From Bacteriovoracia bacterium (GTDB lineage: Bacteria; Bdellovibrionota; UBA1018; CAIPTA01), in NCBI GenBank assembly GCA_050246755.1, contig JBFWVL010000001.1, positions 1,760,001 to 1,824,000 on the forward strand: a DNA stretch of 64,000 nucleotides, in the 5' to 3' direction. This document shows, one piece after another, positions 28,579-38,789 of this stretch. The position numbers were made by a program, and so were the translations under genes. The first letter of the stretch is position 1. Each line of letters opens with the position of its first letter. Below the pieces are notes generated by a model. It was given only the letters and a program-made list of their open reading frames with translations. It made no database searches and was not told where the DNA came from.

Positions 28579-29553
28579 TTAGTGCTGCAGTTTTTTCAGT
28601 TCTTCCGTTAGCGCGGGAGCCACTTGAAAAAGATCGCCTACCACGCCGTAGTCAGCTTTTTGGAAAATCGGGGCGCTGGGATCGGAATTTACCGCCACGA
28701 TCACTTTCGAGCTGCGCATTCCGGCGAGATGCTGGATCGCGCCGCTGATGCCGAAGGCCATGTAGAGCTTGGGCGAAACGGTTTTTCCGGTTTGTCCCAC
28801 TTGATCCGAATGCGGGCGGTAGCCGGCATCCACGGCCGCGCGGCTCGCCCCCACGGTGGCGCCAATCACGGAAGCCAGGTCTTCGAGGATCTTGAAGTTT
28901 TCAGAATTTTTCAGGGAGCGTCCGCCGGAAACGATCCGCTCGGCCTCGGTGAGATCGGCTTTCGCGGCGCCGCCGGCCTTCGCCACTACTTCTTTCACGG
29001 AGGTGCGGGGAGTGCCGGGATCTACGCTGAGTTTATTGATGGCAGCGGTGCCGGGTTTTTCGGCCTTCATGCCCAGCGCATTAGGGCGCACAGTGGCGAT
29101 GGCGGGCTTGGCGCCGAGGAAGTCCACGGTGCCCAAGCACTTGCCGGAATACATCGGGCGCTTCGCTTCAAGCTTGTCGCCGGCAATCGTGATCTCCGTG
29201 CAGTCGGAGGCCATGCCGGTATCGAGCTTCACGGCCACGCGCGGAAAGAAATCTTTCGTTTGCGCGGAGAGAGAGGCGAGGAGCGCATCGGCGCCGGCCG
29301 CTTTGGCGGCATCTGCCACTGCTTTGCTGAATCCTTCGGCGGAATAATGCGCGAGGGCGGCGTGCTCCGCGAGGTGCAAAGTTTTCGGGGCGAATTTATT
29401 TACCTCACCGGCAAGAGCTTCGAGGGTGCCAGGGGCACCTATGAGCAGTGCTTCGGCTTCCACGCCGGCCCACTGGGCGGCGTTTGAAAGGAGCTCTAAT
29501 GCGCCTTTTTTGATTTTTCCGTTCGCGGCTTCGCAATAAATAAGAACTTTCAT
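28579..29553 (-). CDS. etfA: Electron transfer flavoprotein alpha subunit
   Basis: VSGGR, GASRAAVDAG, QVGQTGKTV and GISGAIQHLAGM motifs. Confidence 0.97.
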   Translation of the reverse strand: MKVLIYCEAANGKIKKGALELLSNAAQWAGVEAEALLIGAPGTLEALAGEVNKFAPKTLHLAEHAALAHYSAEGFSKAVADAAKAAGADALLASLSAQTKDFFPRVAVKLDTGMASDCTEITIAGDKLEAKRPMYSGKCLGTVDFLGAKPAIATVRPNALGMKAEKPGTAAINKLSVDPGTPRTSVKEVVAKAGGAAKADLTEAERIVSGGRSLKNSENFKILEDLASVIGATVGASRAAVDAGYRPHSDQVGQTGKTVSPKLYMAFGISGAIQHLAGMRSSKVIVAVNSDPSAPIFQKADYGVVGDLFQVAPALTEELKKLQH

Positions 29554-29560
29554 TTTAACC

Positions 29561-30331
29561 TCAAATCACTTTCGCTTCGTCGTGGAGAACGCGGGCCAAT
29601 TCTTTCGCGGCGGCGGCGGCATCGCCCGCGATCATTTTGCAAGCGCTGCGATCCGGGGGGAGCGAGAGCGCTTTGTAGCCGATCTTTTTCTGCGATTCGG
29701 AAAGATCAAGATCGGCCAGGGACATTTTCTTAATTTCTTTTTTCTTCGCCTTCATGATGTTCGGCAAAGAGGCATAGCGCGGCTCGTTCATCCCTTTTTG
29801 GGCGGCGATCACGCAAGGCGTGGGTAAATCGTATTTCTCGATCGTGCCGCCCTCGATTTCGCGCTCCACTTGGATGGTGGCGCCGTAGGCGGCGCGCAGC
29901 ACTACCGAAACGGCGGGCAGGTTCATGAATTCCGCCATGCCTTGGTGCACCTGGGCGGCATCGTCGTCGATGGCCTGCTTACCCGTGAACACGATATGGG
30001 CCGGGCCGTTCTTTTCGATGGAGCGGGCCAAAGACTTAGCGGCCAGGTAGGAGTCGGAATTTTCCGGCAGGCTCACGTGAATGGCTTCGTCGCATCCCAT
30101 GGCCAAAGCGGTACGCAAAGAATCCACCACGCGATCCGGGCCAGCGCTCACTACGGTAACCGTGGCGCCCGCATTTTTTTCCTTAAATCGGATAGCTTCT
30201 TCCACTGCAAATTCATCGTAGGGGCAAAGGATCCATTTGATCCCGGCCGTATCGATAGATTTTCCGTCGGCACCGATTTTGATTTTGGTCTCGGTATCGG
30301 GCACTTGCTTGATGCAAACAAAAACTTTCAT
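29561..30331 (-). CDS. etfB: Electron transfer flavoprotein beta subunit
   Basis: CIKQVPD, PYDEFAVEEA, ALAMG, GKQAIDDD and NEPRYASL motifs. Confidence 0.97.
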   Translation of the reverse strand: MKVFVCIKQVPDTETKIKIGADGKSIDTAGIKWILCPYDEFAVEEAIRFKEKNAGATVTVVSAGPDRVVDSLRTALAMGCDEAIHVSLPENSDSYLAAKSLARSIEKNGPAHIVFTGKQAIDDDAAQVHQGMAEFMNLPAVSVVLRAAYGATIQVEREIEGGTIEKYDLPTPCVIAAQKGMNEPRYASLPNIMKAKKKEIKKMSLADLDLSESQKKIGYKALSLPPDRSACKMIAGDAAAAAKELARVLHDEAKVI

Positions 30332-30416
30332 GCACTGCTCCAATTGAAGAAAGGTGGGACGCTCTTTTCTAGCATAAGTTTTAGGATTGCATAGAGCCGA
30401 AAGCGCTTAGCGTGGC

Positions 30417-30599
30417 CTAGTTTTTCGTGCCCTGGGGCTTATACTTCGGATCCCGGACGTCGCAATCTGGCTCTAAGGGAGAACAGCTGAGTTTACGCAG
30501 ATCGGCGGGCTTTTCTTCCGGGGCAATGGGAGGAGCTTTCACTCCGCAGGCGGAGAGGAGTAGGGCAAAACAAAGGATAAGGGCAGCCGGGATACGCAT
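30417..30599 (-). CDS. Small lipoprotein, LptM/YifL-like (CGxKxP)
   Basis: Lipobox LLSAC followed by GVKAPP. Confidence 0.65.
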   Translation of the reverse strand: MRIPAALILCFALLLSACGVKAPPIAPEEKPADLRKLSCSPLEPDCDVRDPKYKPQGTKN

Positions 30600-31609
30600 T
30601 AAAATTTTACCACCAGGCCCACGAGGAAACCGTCGCTGCCGGCTTCGGCCCGGGTATCTACGGAACTGTTCATGAGCAGCTGTGCGCCCACGCCGCCCAG
30701 TAGGCGCCCGCCCGCGAGCGGCTGGAGGTCGGTCACGGTTCCGTTCGTGGCGCTCACTACGTTATTTTGGTAACCCACGTAGGGATATAGCTTTAGTAAT
30801 TTGTTTACTTCCACGAGGTAGCGCATCTCTACGCCGATGGGGATTACGCGCACCTGCGCCACGCGATCGCTGGGAAGAGTATGATTGAAATTGTAGATCC
30901 CCGCGGTAAGTTCCGCGCTGAGCAGGGCCATCGCGTCGGATCGCAGCCAATAGTGGCTGCGAAAGGTGTAGGCGTAGCGAACCGCCCATCCCTGGTAGGT
31001 AGTATAGGGAATCCCTCTATTCGTGCCGTCGTTTTCGTTCGCGGTATCGCCTTCGGCGGTAACCGTGGGGAGAACGTGGTTGCGGAACATCGCGAGGCCC
31101 ACCGTCAAGTTATGCGGATTGAAGCTGCTCGGCTGTGGCATACGCGGCCGGAGGGTGACTTCGGGCGAATAACTGTCGTCGTCCAGCTCTGGATTTAATT
31201 CTTTTCCGTCCGGCGTGAAGAAGCGCTCATTGGCCGGGTTGTCCGTTTCGTTTTCCCGGTCGGCTATATAGTCGGGAAGATTATCGGCTTCGGGGAAGGG
31301 CTCGCCGTACAAAATATCGTATTCAAAATCTACGGCCGGAGTTTCGGCGCTGTATTTTTCCAGAACCGCTACGATCGCGGTTCCTCCGTCCAAGCGGATC
31401 ACGCGTCCGGCCGCAACCTTACGGTCTCCCGAGCTGAATAGTACGGGGCCATTCATTTCCAGCCCGGCGGAATTCCCGGCATTCAGGCGCACGAGTCGTC
31501 CGCTGCTACTGGTTTCCAATATCGATACCGCACGACGCGCAGCGTGTGCGGGGGCAATGAGAAACGGTAGGGTAAAAGCAATGAGGCAAAGCCGGCTCTT
31601 GTGGATCAT
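30599..31609 (-). CDS. Exported hypothetical protein with probable C-terminal beta-barrel
   Basis: Signal peptide, acidic linker, and amphipathic beta-strands ending in GLVVKF. Confidence 0.6.
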   Translation of the reverse strand: MIHKSRLCLIAFTLPFLIAPAHAARRAVSILETSSSGRLVRLNAGNSAGLEMNGPVLFSSGDRKVAAGRVIRLDGGTAIVAVLEKYSAETPAVDFEYDILYGEPFPEADNLPDYIADRENETDNPANERFFTPDGKELNPELDDDSYSPEVTLRPRMPQPSSFNPHNLTVGLAMFRNHVLPTVTAEGDTANENDGTNRGIPYTTYQGWAVRYAYTFRSHYWLRSDAMALLSAELTAGIYNFNHTLPSDRVAQVRVIPIGVEMRYLVEVNKLLKLYPYVGYQNNVVSATNGTVTDLQPLAGGRLLGGVGAQLLMNSSVDTRAEAGSDGFLVGLVVKF

Positions 31610-31663
31610 CTTTCATAACGATAGTGTGGCGTGTAATCTAAGTCAAACCCGCCGGGAGCCTTC

Positions 31664-32686
31664 ATGAGTATCCAATTTCCAGCGCGCGGCAGCTGGGCCC
31701 GACTGCCCACGCCCATCCATAAGCTTGAGAAAATCTCTTCGGAGTTGGGGGCGGAAATTTATTTGAAGCGCGACGACCAAACCGGCTTCGAATGGAGCGG
31801 AAATAAGATCCGTAAGCTGGAATTTTTGGCACACGATGCTTTGCAAAAAGGCGCTACCTGCCTCGTTACCTGCGGAGGGGTTCAGTCGAATCATTGCCGG
31901 GCTACCGCGGCCCTGGCCGCTAAGCTCGGGCTGCGCTGCGTTTTGCTTCTCCGGGGCGAGGCGCCGGCACAGGCACTTTCGAATAATCTGCTCGATCGCC
32001 TTTTGGGCGCCGAAATATTTTATCTCACCAACGAACAGTACTACGAGGGCATGACGGAGGTGCGAGCGATGATAGATTCGCAGATCCGTTCCACCGGTGG
32101 CAGTTCGTATTTCATTCCGGAAGGCGGCTCGAACGGGCTCGGCTGCTTCGGCTACGCGGAAGCCTGGCGCGAAATCGAAAGCCAGCGCCAGGCCGGGGAA
32201 ATCCTAGGGCTAAAAGAGCCGTTCGACTCCATCGTGGTGGCGCACGGAAGCGGGGGCACGCAGGCGGGCTTAATCCTCGGAAAATTAGCCGGCGGCCCGG
32301 AAGCGCCCGATACCAGAATCGTGGGGGTGAACGTTTGCTATGGCGCCAAGGAAAGCTTCGGCTTGGTAAAAGACGCCCTTTGGCAGGCCATCCAGCAGTA
32401 TCATTTTCCGCTCGCCTTCATGACCGAAGATATTGAAATGCTCGATGGATTCGTGGGCCGTGGCTACGCGCTCAGCACCAAGGAAGAATTGGTTTTCCTG
32501 AAAAAAGTGGCCAGCGAAGAGGGCGTGCTCCTCGATCCGGTCTACACCGGCAAGGCATTCTACGGGATGTTCCACACGATTAAAAAAGATCCCTCCAAGC
32601 TCGGGAAAAAAATTCTTTTCATCCATACCGGCGGCGCCTTCGGTTTGTTCAAAATGGAAGAAGAATGGCGCGAGGTTCTCGCATGA
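31664..32686 (+). CDS. D-cysteine desulfhydrase / ACC deaminase family PLP enzyme
   Basis: KRDD, GNKIRKLEF, QSNH, GSGGT, LDPVYTGK and HTGG motifs. Confidence 0.92.
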   Translation: MSIQFPARGSWARLPTPIHKLEKISSELGAEIYLKRDDQTGFEWSGNKIRKLEFLAHDALQKGATCLVTCGGVQSNHCRATAALAAKLGLRCVLLLRGEAPAQALSNNLLDRLLGAEIFYLTNEQYYEGMTEVRAMIDSQIRSTGGSSYFIPEGGSNGLGCFGYAEAWREIESQRQAGEILGLKEPFDSIVVAHGSGGTQAGLILGKLAGGPEAPDTRIVGVNVCYGAKESFGLVKDALWQAIQQYHFPLAFMTEDIEMLDGFVGRGYALSTKEELVFLKKVASEEGVLLDPVYTGKAFYGMFHTIKKDPSKLGKKILFIHTGGAFGLFKMEEEWREVLA

Positions 32687-33639
32687 AGCAATTGGTGCTA
32701 CCCCTGCTTTTATTTTTGCTTTCTCAGAGCGGGTGGGCAGCCAAATCCCAGTCCACGCTGGCGTACCAGAACTATACCCGCGGGGTGGAGCTGGCGTCGA
32801 AAAAAAAATGGGCAGAGGCACTGGAGAAGTTTCAGTCGGCCATCGATTTGAATCCGGGCTACGTGGCCTCTTACTTGGAGTACGCGCGCACCGCCGTGAT
32901 GATGGGCCACCGGAAAAGCGGCCTGCAGAAGCTGACCGCGGCCCTAGAATTTGCCCATAACCGGGAAGATCGCGAACGCGTGGCGAAGGAGCGCGATAAT
33001 CTTTCGGAAATTTTCTATACCAACGAAACGTTTCAGCTCTACCAGAACGGCTTGAACTACTTGAAGCTCGACCGGGCGAGCTCGGCGCTTGAGGCACTCG
33101 AGATGGCGCTAAAAACGGAGCCCGATAACGTGATGGTGCTCACCGCTTACGGACGTACCCTTCGCGAGCAGGACCGGGTGCGCGAAGCGCAGGAAGTTCT
33201 CGAGCGCGCCCTCGCGCTGAACGACGGCAAGCGCGAAGTAAGGATCGAGCTGGCAAATATTCTTCTACCCACCAAGCCGGAGCGCGCCCTGCTTCTCGTG
33301 CAGCCGCTCCTGGCGGGCCTCACCGATGAGCGGCTGGCTTTTATTCACGCACAGGGCCTCTCGGGCACGAAAAAAAACCGGGAAGCCATCGAGTTTTTAA
33401 AAAATTCCTATGAAAAGCAACCTTCCTGGACATTTGCCCCGCTCTGGCTGGGCCGTCTTTATGCCCAGGAGCCCGATGGAGGGTGGAACGCTCGGAAGTA
33501 TCTGATGATTTTTTTGCGTCGCACGGAAGTTGAGACCCAGGGCGCAACGGCCGATACGAGTCCAGAAGCCTTAAAAATCAAGGCGGCGCGGGCCGAGGCC
33601 GAAGCGATTTTGGCGCGCGTCAATCGCGCCCTCGAGTAA
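32683..33639 (+). CDS. Exported tetratricopeptide-repeat protein
   Basis: Signal peptide and TPR-like units (A...F..AI.LNP). Confidence 0.8.
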   Translation: MKQLVLPLLLFLLSQSGWAAKSQSTLAYQNYTRGVELASKKKWAEALEKFQSAIDLNPGYVASYLEYARTAVMMGHRKSGLQKLTAALEFAHNREDRERVAKERDNLSEIFYTNETFQLYQNGLNYLKLDRASSALEALEMALKTEPDNVMVLTAYGRTLREQDRVREAQEVLERALALNDGKREVRIELANILLPTKPERALLLVQPLLAGLTDERLAFIHAQGLSGTKKNREAIEFLKNSYEKQPSWTFAPLWLGRLYAQEPDGGWNARKYLMIFLRRTEVETQGATADTSPEALKIKAARAEAEAILARVNRALE

Positions 33640-33730
33640 AATTTTCCGCAACCTATTTCCTACAGTTTTCCGTGTGCATTTGCCTTGACCAAGCTTCTTG
33701 GCCTCGATACCAATATTGGGAGGGGAAATA

Positions 33731-34399
33731 ATGTCGGGAAAGCTATTCATCACGATTGCCGGAAATATCGGCACGGGAAAAACCACGCTCACGCGCATGC
33801 TTGCCGATCACTACGGTTGGAAGCCACACTTCGAATCGGTGGCCGACAATCCTTACCTGAAGGATTTCTACGGCGACATGGCTCGCTGGAGCTTTCCTCT
33901 TCAAATTTATTTTTTGAACCACCGCTATAAGACTCACCGCGAAGTGGGCTTCGGCAATAGCAGCTGCATCCAAGACCGCTCCATCTACGAAGATAGCCAT
34001 ATTTTCGCCCGTAATCTTTTCGAGGGCGGGAAGATGGAAGAGCGTGATTACCGCAATTATCTCGATCTCTATAATGAGATGATCAAGCACCTTTCGCCGC
34101 CGGATCTGATGATCTATTTGCGGAAGTCGGTTCCAAAATTGGTTAGCCAGATTCAGAAGCGTGGCCGTGATTTCGAACAAAATATTCCGGTAGACTACCT
34201 GACCTGCCTGAACCGTTTTTACGAAGACTGGATTGGGAATTATACTACGGGTCCCTTGCTCGTGATCGATACCGACGAGCTGGACTTCGTGGCGAAGCCG
34301 GAAGATTTCGATCTGATCGCTAAGCAGATCCTCGAAAAGCTGGACCAGCGCGAGCTCTTTCTTCCGCTCGCATCCTTGGCACGATCCGGTACCAGGTAA
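33731..34399 (+). CDS. Deoxynucleoside kinase (dCK/dGK family)
   Basis: IAGNIGTGKTT, DRSIYED, PDLMIYL and KRGRDFE motifs. Confidence 0.95.
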   Translation: MSGKLFITIAGNIGTGKTTLTRMLADHYGWKPHFESVADNPYLKDFYGDMARWSFPLQIYFLNHRYKTHREVGFGNSSCIQDRSIYEDSHIFARNLFEGGKMEERDYRNYLDLYNEMIKHLSPPDLMIYLRKSVPKLVSQIQKRGRDFEQNIPVDYLTCLNRFYEDWIGNYTTGPLLVIDTDELDFVAKPEDFDLIAKQILEKLDQRELFLPLASLARSGTR

Positions 34400-34482
34400 A
34401 TCGAATTCATTTTTGATCTCGGCCACTTTTCCGTTACAATTAGGGAATATACGTTCTGCTGCGCTCACGGAGGAGATGCAAC

Positions 34483-35442
34483 ATGTTGCTGTCCAGACAG
34501 AAAATTTTATTGCTCGCGCTTTGCGCACTGCTTTCTACCGGCTACGGCTGCTCCAACTCGCAGACGGCTAGCGAAGGCGAACTAGCCGAAGGCTCCGTGC
34601 CTGATTCCCAGGCCGACAGCGTGGGCAGCATTCCCGAAGATCTTCTAGCTAGCGAAGAAAAAGGCCAGTCCACCGAGAATGCCGAATCTGCGGACCCTTT
34701 CTCCGATCTGCAGGAAGGTGAGAAGCACGAGGAAGCCGCCGTTGCTCCTCCCGCCGCCGGCGAATCCGAAGCCCCGATGTCGCTAATTGAAAACGGCGAC
34801 GAGAAAGCCGCCGAGGTCGAGCATTCCAGCGGTTCCGGCAATATGGAAACCTACACCGTAAAATCGGGCGATACCCTGATGAAGATTGCCTTCACGATCT
34901 ACGGAGACATCGATCGCTGGAAAGACCTTCAGGAATGGAATAGCGGCAAAATTAAAAAGGCCGCCGCGCTCCGCCGGGGGATGAAGCTGAAGTACGAGGC
35001 TCCGATGAGCGCATTCGAGCCCGAGCAGCACGCCCATACTTATACGATCAAGAAGGGCGATACCCTCGCCAATATCGCTGATGAAGTGTACGGCCGGAAA
35101 ATGAAATATAAGAAGCTGCAGAATTATAATTCGAAGCTGATTCGTAACCCCAACCGCATCTTCGCGGGCTTCACGATCTACTACGACATCACCGCCAAGG
35201 AAATCGCCGAGGCCGAAGCGCGCCGCCAAGAGCGTTTGGCCGCGAGCGGCGGCAGCGTAACGCCGGCTCCCACGAGCATGGTGCCCAGCGCGATTTCTCC
35301 TCCGGCCCAGGATTTCGCACCCACCGCGCCGGCCCCGATCGCGATCGCTCCCCAGCCGCTAACGCCCTCGAATAACGGCGCCGTGCCCGCGCCGGCTTCG
35401 ACGAACGAACTGGCGCCCCCGCCGCCCCCGATGAACCAGTAA
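34483..35442 (+). CDS. LysM-domain lipoprotein (2 LysM)
   Basis: Lipobox GYGC; YTVKSGDTL and YTIKKGDTL; acidic N-terminal linker and Pro-rich tail. Confidence 0.88.
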   Translation: MLLSRQKILLLALCALLSTGYGCSNSQTASEGELAEGSVPDSQADSVGSIPEDLLASEEKGQSTENAESADPFSDLQEGEKHEEAAVAPPAAGESEAPMSLIENGDEKAAEVEHSSGSGNMETYTVKSGDTLMKIAFTIYGDIDRWKDLQEWNSGKIKKAAALRRGMKLKYEAPMSAFEPEQHAHTYTIKKGDTLANIADEVYGRKMKYKKLQNYNSKLIRNPNRIFAGFTIYYDITAKEIAEAEARRQERLAASGGSVTPAPTSMVPSAISPPAQDFAPTAPAPIAIAPQPLTPSNNGAVPAPASTNELAPPPPPMNQ

Positions 35443-35462
35443 GCTATCCTTGAAGACAAAAG

Positions 35463-35497
35463 AAAAAGGACCACGTTTCGCAACGTAGTCCTTTTTT
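35463..35497. terminator. Bidirectional rho-independent terminator
   Basis: AAAAAGGAC-CACGTT-TCGC-AACGTA-GTCCTTTTT between convergent genes. Confidence 0.85.
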
Positions 35498-35524
35498 GTT
35501 TTCCGCTGAAGAAAACCGGAGAGC

Positions 35525-36100
35525 CTAGCGGCCGCCGAATTTCGTGAGCTTAAGGGTCATGGTGATTTGGGCTTCGATGATCTGCTGAGCAGCGCCGTCG
35601 AGGGCGATGTCACGGGGATTCATCCAAACTTGGATCTTCTGGCCTTTTTCGTCTTTCGCCGTGATGTGAACGGTTTCGAAAGTGCCGGCAGGAACGGTGA
35701 TCGAAGCGGTTTCTTGATCGATGATCTCGAGTTTCGAATCAGGGATCTGCTGGGGTTTGCCGTCTTGCTTGAGCTCAACGATTTTCGCCGTAGCGCGGTC
35801 CATTTTCGCTTCTACCAAGTGCTTGCCGATCAAGCTGCCATCCATTTGCTGGTTGAGCCAGATGAAGTTTCCTTCTTCGCTAGCAACCACTTTGTGGATG
35901 GTGCCCAATGGCATGCCGAAACCTTCGATATTCATGTCGCTGTATTCGCCCACTTTCCAGTTGATCACGTTGAGGGCAGAAGGGCCGGTAAGTTGCGAAA
36001 GGGCGATCTGACGTACGAGCGCGTCCACGTCGCTATTGGCTTGAGCTACGCCGAAGGTAGCCAAGAGTCCGGCAAGCATTGCCAAAGTAAGTTTTTTCAT
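35525..36100 (-). CDS. Secreted hypothetical protein (VPAG.F motif)
   Basis: AGGAGGAG SD before ATG 36100; signal peptide; ITVPAGTFET. Confidence 0.75.
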   Translation of the reverse strand: MKKLTLAMLAGLLATFGVAQANSDVDALVRQIALSQLTGPSALNVINWKVGEYSDMNIEGFGMPLGTIHKVVASEEGNFIWLNQQMDGSLIGKHLVEAKMDRATAKIVELKQDGKPQQIPDSKLEIIDQETASITVPAGTFETVHITAKDEKGQKIQVWMNPRDIALDGAAQQIIEAQITMTLKLTKFGGR

Positions 36101-36229
36101 AAATCTCCTCCTAGTTAAGTTGTACCCGAGAGAGTGTAAGCAGGCTTTTTTGGGAAAACAACGGATCTCTTCTGCACTTTGCTCTAACGCAAGGCGATAG
36201 TTGCTTTTCGTATGTATAATTGAAGGACG

Positions 36230-37054
36230 ATGCGAACCCTTGTTCTCTCTATGATTTTTGCGTTTCTTGCTTCCTGCTCCACGCAGCAGTCGGAGCAGGA
36301 CGGCGGCAATCTGACGCGAAGCGAAGTGGAACTTCTTTCCCACCGGATGTCGGAGGCCATAGAGCAGGAATTTCCTCTTCTTCAGCACAAAGTGGTGAAT
36401 CGCTACGTGAACACTCTCGGGCAGTCCTTGATCTCGCGCGCCGCGAATATGCCTCCGCTTCCCTATGAGTTCCGCGTGCTCAAGACGAACGAGATGCTAG
36501 CCTTCTCTCTTCCGGGCGGAGTTGTTTACCTCTCGCTCGGGATGCTGAGAAACGTTACCTCGGAGGGGGAGCTAGCCTCCGCGCTCGCCCACGAGTTGGC
36601 CCACCAGCAACTCAGCCACCAGCTGATGCAGTGGCGCCGCCGGGTGAATAGCAATCGTGGGGAACATTACCTCCTCGACTTCAGCGGTGACTGGCGCGAG
36701 CGTTTTCTCGGCAAGGGCGGAGCCCTCGAGCTGACGCCGGGAATGGAACAAGAGGCCGACGAGCTGGCTCCGTTGCTTCTCTACCAGGCTCACATCGAGC
36801 CCCGTATTTATCTTTCCTATCTTCAGTTGCTCAAGCGCAAGGAACAGACCGAACTCAGCGAGGTGGCGGGTATGATCCGCACGCATCCTCCGCTCAACGA
36901 TCGGATCAATTGGTCCAAGGCCGCAATGGCGAAACTTCCGCCGCTCAAGGATCCGGCGGGTTCTTCCTCTTCGTTTCAGCAGGTGAAAAGCCTGCTGCGG
37001 GAAACCGCCAAAAAGAACGAGAAAGCCGCACCGGGAAAGGGCAAACAAGAATGA
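36230..37054 (+). CDS. M48-family metallopeptidase lipoprotein
   Basis: Lipobox LASC; AFSLPGG, AHELAH, EQEAD and THP motifs. Confidence 0.88.
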   Translation: MRTLVLSMIFAFLASCSTQQSEQDGGNLTRSEVELLSHRMSEAIEQEFPLLQHKVVNRYVNTLGQSLISRAANMPPLPYEFRVLKTNEMLAFSLPGGVVYLSLGMLRNVTSEGELASALAHELAHQQLSHQLMQWRRRVNSNRGEHYLLDFSGDWRERFLGKGGALELTPGMEQEADELAPLLLYQAHIEPRIYLSYLQLLKRKEQTELSEVAGMIRTHPPLNDRINWSKAAMAKLPPLKDPAGSSSSFQQVKSLLRETAKKNEKAAPGKGKQE

Positions 37055-38058
37055 GCCAAAACTTACTGAACCAGGCCCACGCCTTGATCCAGGTGGATAA
37101 TCTCACCGATCCGCAATGCCAGATTCATAAATTGGCGGGAGACGCCTCGCTCCGCCGCTACTACCGCCTCCGCACCCCCGAAAATACTTTCATCCTCATG
37201 CTGATCGAGCCTTTCGACGCCGCCAAAAATGATTTTTTGCTCGTGCGCGCGCACCTCGAAAAATGCGAAGTGCCCGTGCCCCGCCTGCTTGCGGTGGATG
37301 CGGCCAAGGGCGCGATCCTCCTCGAGGATTTAGGCGATTGCACCATGCTTCACCGGCTCGGAGATAAAAATGAACCCGAAGCCGAGCAGGGATTGTTCCG
37401 TGAATCTTTGGATCTGCTCGCAAAATTTCATTCCAATACCAGGGCTAAGCCGGGAACCCAACCCACGCCGGGCTACGCGCTCGCGTTCGACGAACCCAAA
37501 CTGATGTGGGAGGTGGATTTCGCGCTCGAGCATCTTTTCGGTAGCTACCTAAAGCGCCAGATTCCCGAAAAAGAATTCCGCGTGATCCGTGAGTCCTTTG
37601 TGGATATCTGCCGCCGTCTCGCCGCCGAACCCCGAGTTTTCACGCATCGCGATTACCATAGCCGCAATATTATGATTCCCGATCGCGGGGGAATGGTGTG
37701 CATCGATTTTCAGGATGCGCGCATGGGCCTGCGGGCCTATGATCTCGCCTCCATTCTTCGCGATTCCTACTATCAGCTGAGTGAAGAGCGCGTATACGAT
37801 CTCGTGAATTACTATTGCGGCTTAGCCGATAAGGACGAAATCATCGACCGCCGGCACTTCGTGCAGGTTTTCGATCTCATGAGCATCCAGCGAAATTTCA
37901 AGGCGATCGGCAGCTTCACTTCCTTCTACGGCAAGCGCAACGACGCGAGCTATATCCGCTTCGTGGGCAATACCTTCGAAAATATCCGCCGCAATCTCGC
38001 GAAATTCCCGGAATACCGCGAACTGCGCAAATTACTTTTTCAGTACTACTACTTTTAG
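37051..38058 (+). CDS. amgK: AmgK-like MurNAc/GlcNAc anomeric kinase (phosphotransferase family)
   Basis: GDASLRRYYR, LEDLGD, HRDYHSRN and IDFQDA motifs; adjacent to a MurU-like gene. Confidence 0.8.
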   Translation: MSQNLLNQAHALIQVDNLTDPQCQIHKLAGDASLRRYYRLRTPENTFILMLIEPFDAAKNDFLLVRAHLEKCEVPVPRLLAVDAAKGAILLEDLGDCTMLHRLGDKNEPEAEQGLFRESLDLLAKFHSNTRAKPGTQPTPGYALAFDEPKLMWEVDFALEHLFGSYLKRQIPEKEFRVIRESFVDICRRLAAEPRVFTHRDYHSRNIMIPDRGGMVCIDFQDARMGLRAYDLASILRDSYYQLSEERVYDLVNYYCGLADKDEIIDRRHFVQVFDLMSIQRNFKAIGSFTSFYGKRNDASYIRFVGNTFENIRRNLAKFPEYRELRKLLFQYYYF

Positions 38059-38066
38059 GGGTTGGG

Positions 38067-38789
38067 ATGCGTGCTCTGATCATGGCCGCAGGACTCGGTA
38101 CCCGGCTTAGACCGCTCACCGATCATTCTCCGAAGCCGCTCGTGCCCGTGCTCGGCCGTCCCATGGTGGAATATGTCCTCGAGGTGCTCGCTCAGCATGG
38201 CTACCCCGAAACGCTGATGAACGTGCATTACTTGCCGGAAAAAATGCGTGCCTTCGCCGAGCAGTGGAATTCAGCGGGCAAGGCCCCACGTATCGAACTC
38301 CAGGATGAGACCAATGAGATCCTCGGTAGCGGCGGAGCCCTCGCCAAAGCCCAGGCCTGGCTTTTCGAGAAGGATTCTACTGCGCTCATCTGCAATGCCG
38401 ACGTGATCGCGCGGCCTAATTTGGATGCCTTGCTGAAGGCGCACCAAAATGCGGGGGCCGAATGCACCATGGCGCTCACTCCGCATCCTGAAGCCGGCAG
38501 GAAGTACAACGGCGTGATCTTGGAAAACGGCCTGGTAAAGGGATTTTCCCAGCCCGGCACTCCTGATCCCAAGCTGCTGCATTTTTTTGGCTACTACCTG
38601 ATAAATAAGAGCTGTATGGCTCGTCTCGCGCCTGCCGGCCAGAAAAGCAATATCCTGGAAGACGTATGGAAGCCGCTCATGAAAGTGGGCAAGCTCGGCG
38701 GCTGGAAATACGAAGATTATTACTTGGATTTAGGCACGCCCGAAGACCTTCGCGAAGCGGAAGCTTTTCTTAAAAACCAGAATCGCTGA
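38067..38789 (+). CDS. murU: MurU-like nucleotidyltransferase
   Basis: MAAGLGTRLRPLT..PKPL, ILGSGG, NAD and DLGTP motifs. Confidence 0.75.
   Translation: MRALIMAAGLGTRLRPLTDHSPKPLVPVLGRPMVEYVLEVLAQHGYPETLMNVHYLPEKMRAFAEQWNSAGKAPRIELQDETNEILGSGGALAKAQAWLFEKDSTALICNADVIARPNLDALLKAHQNAGAECTMALTPHPEAGRKYNGVILENGLVKGFSQPGTPDPKLLHFFGYYLINKSCMARLAPAGQKSNILEDVWKPLMKVGKLGGWKYEDYYLDLGTPEDLREAEAFLKNQNR

Noticed and set aside
16744-30331. FadF-like oxidoreductase with etfAB (and fadD) as a novel module
   Set aside because: Known fatty-acid oxidation/ETF partners, and not contiguous here.
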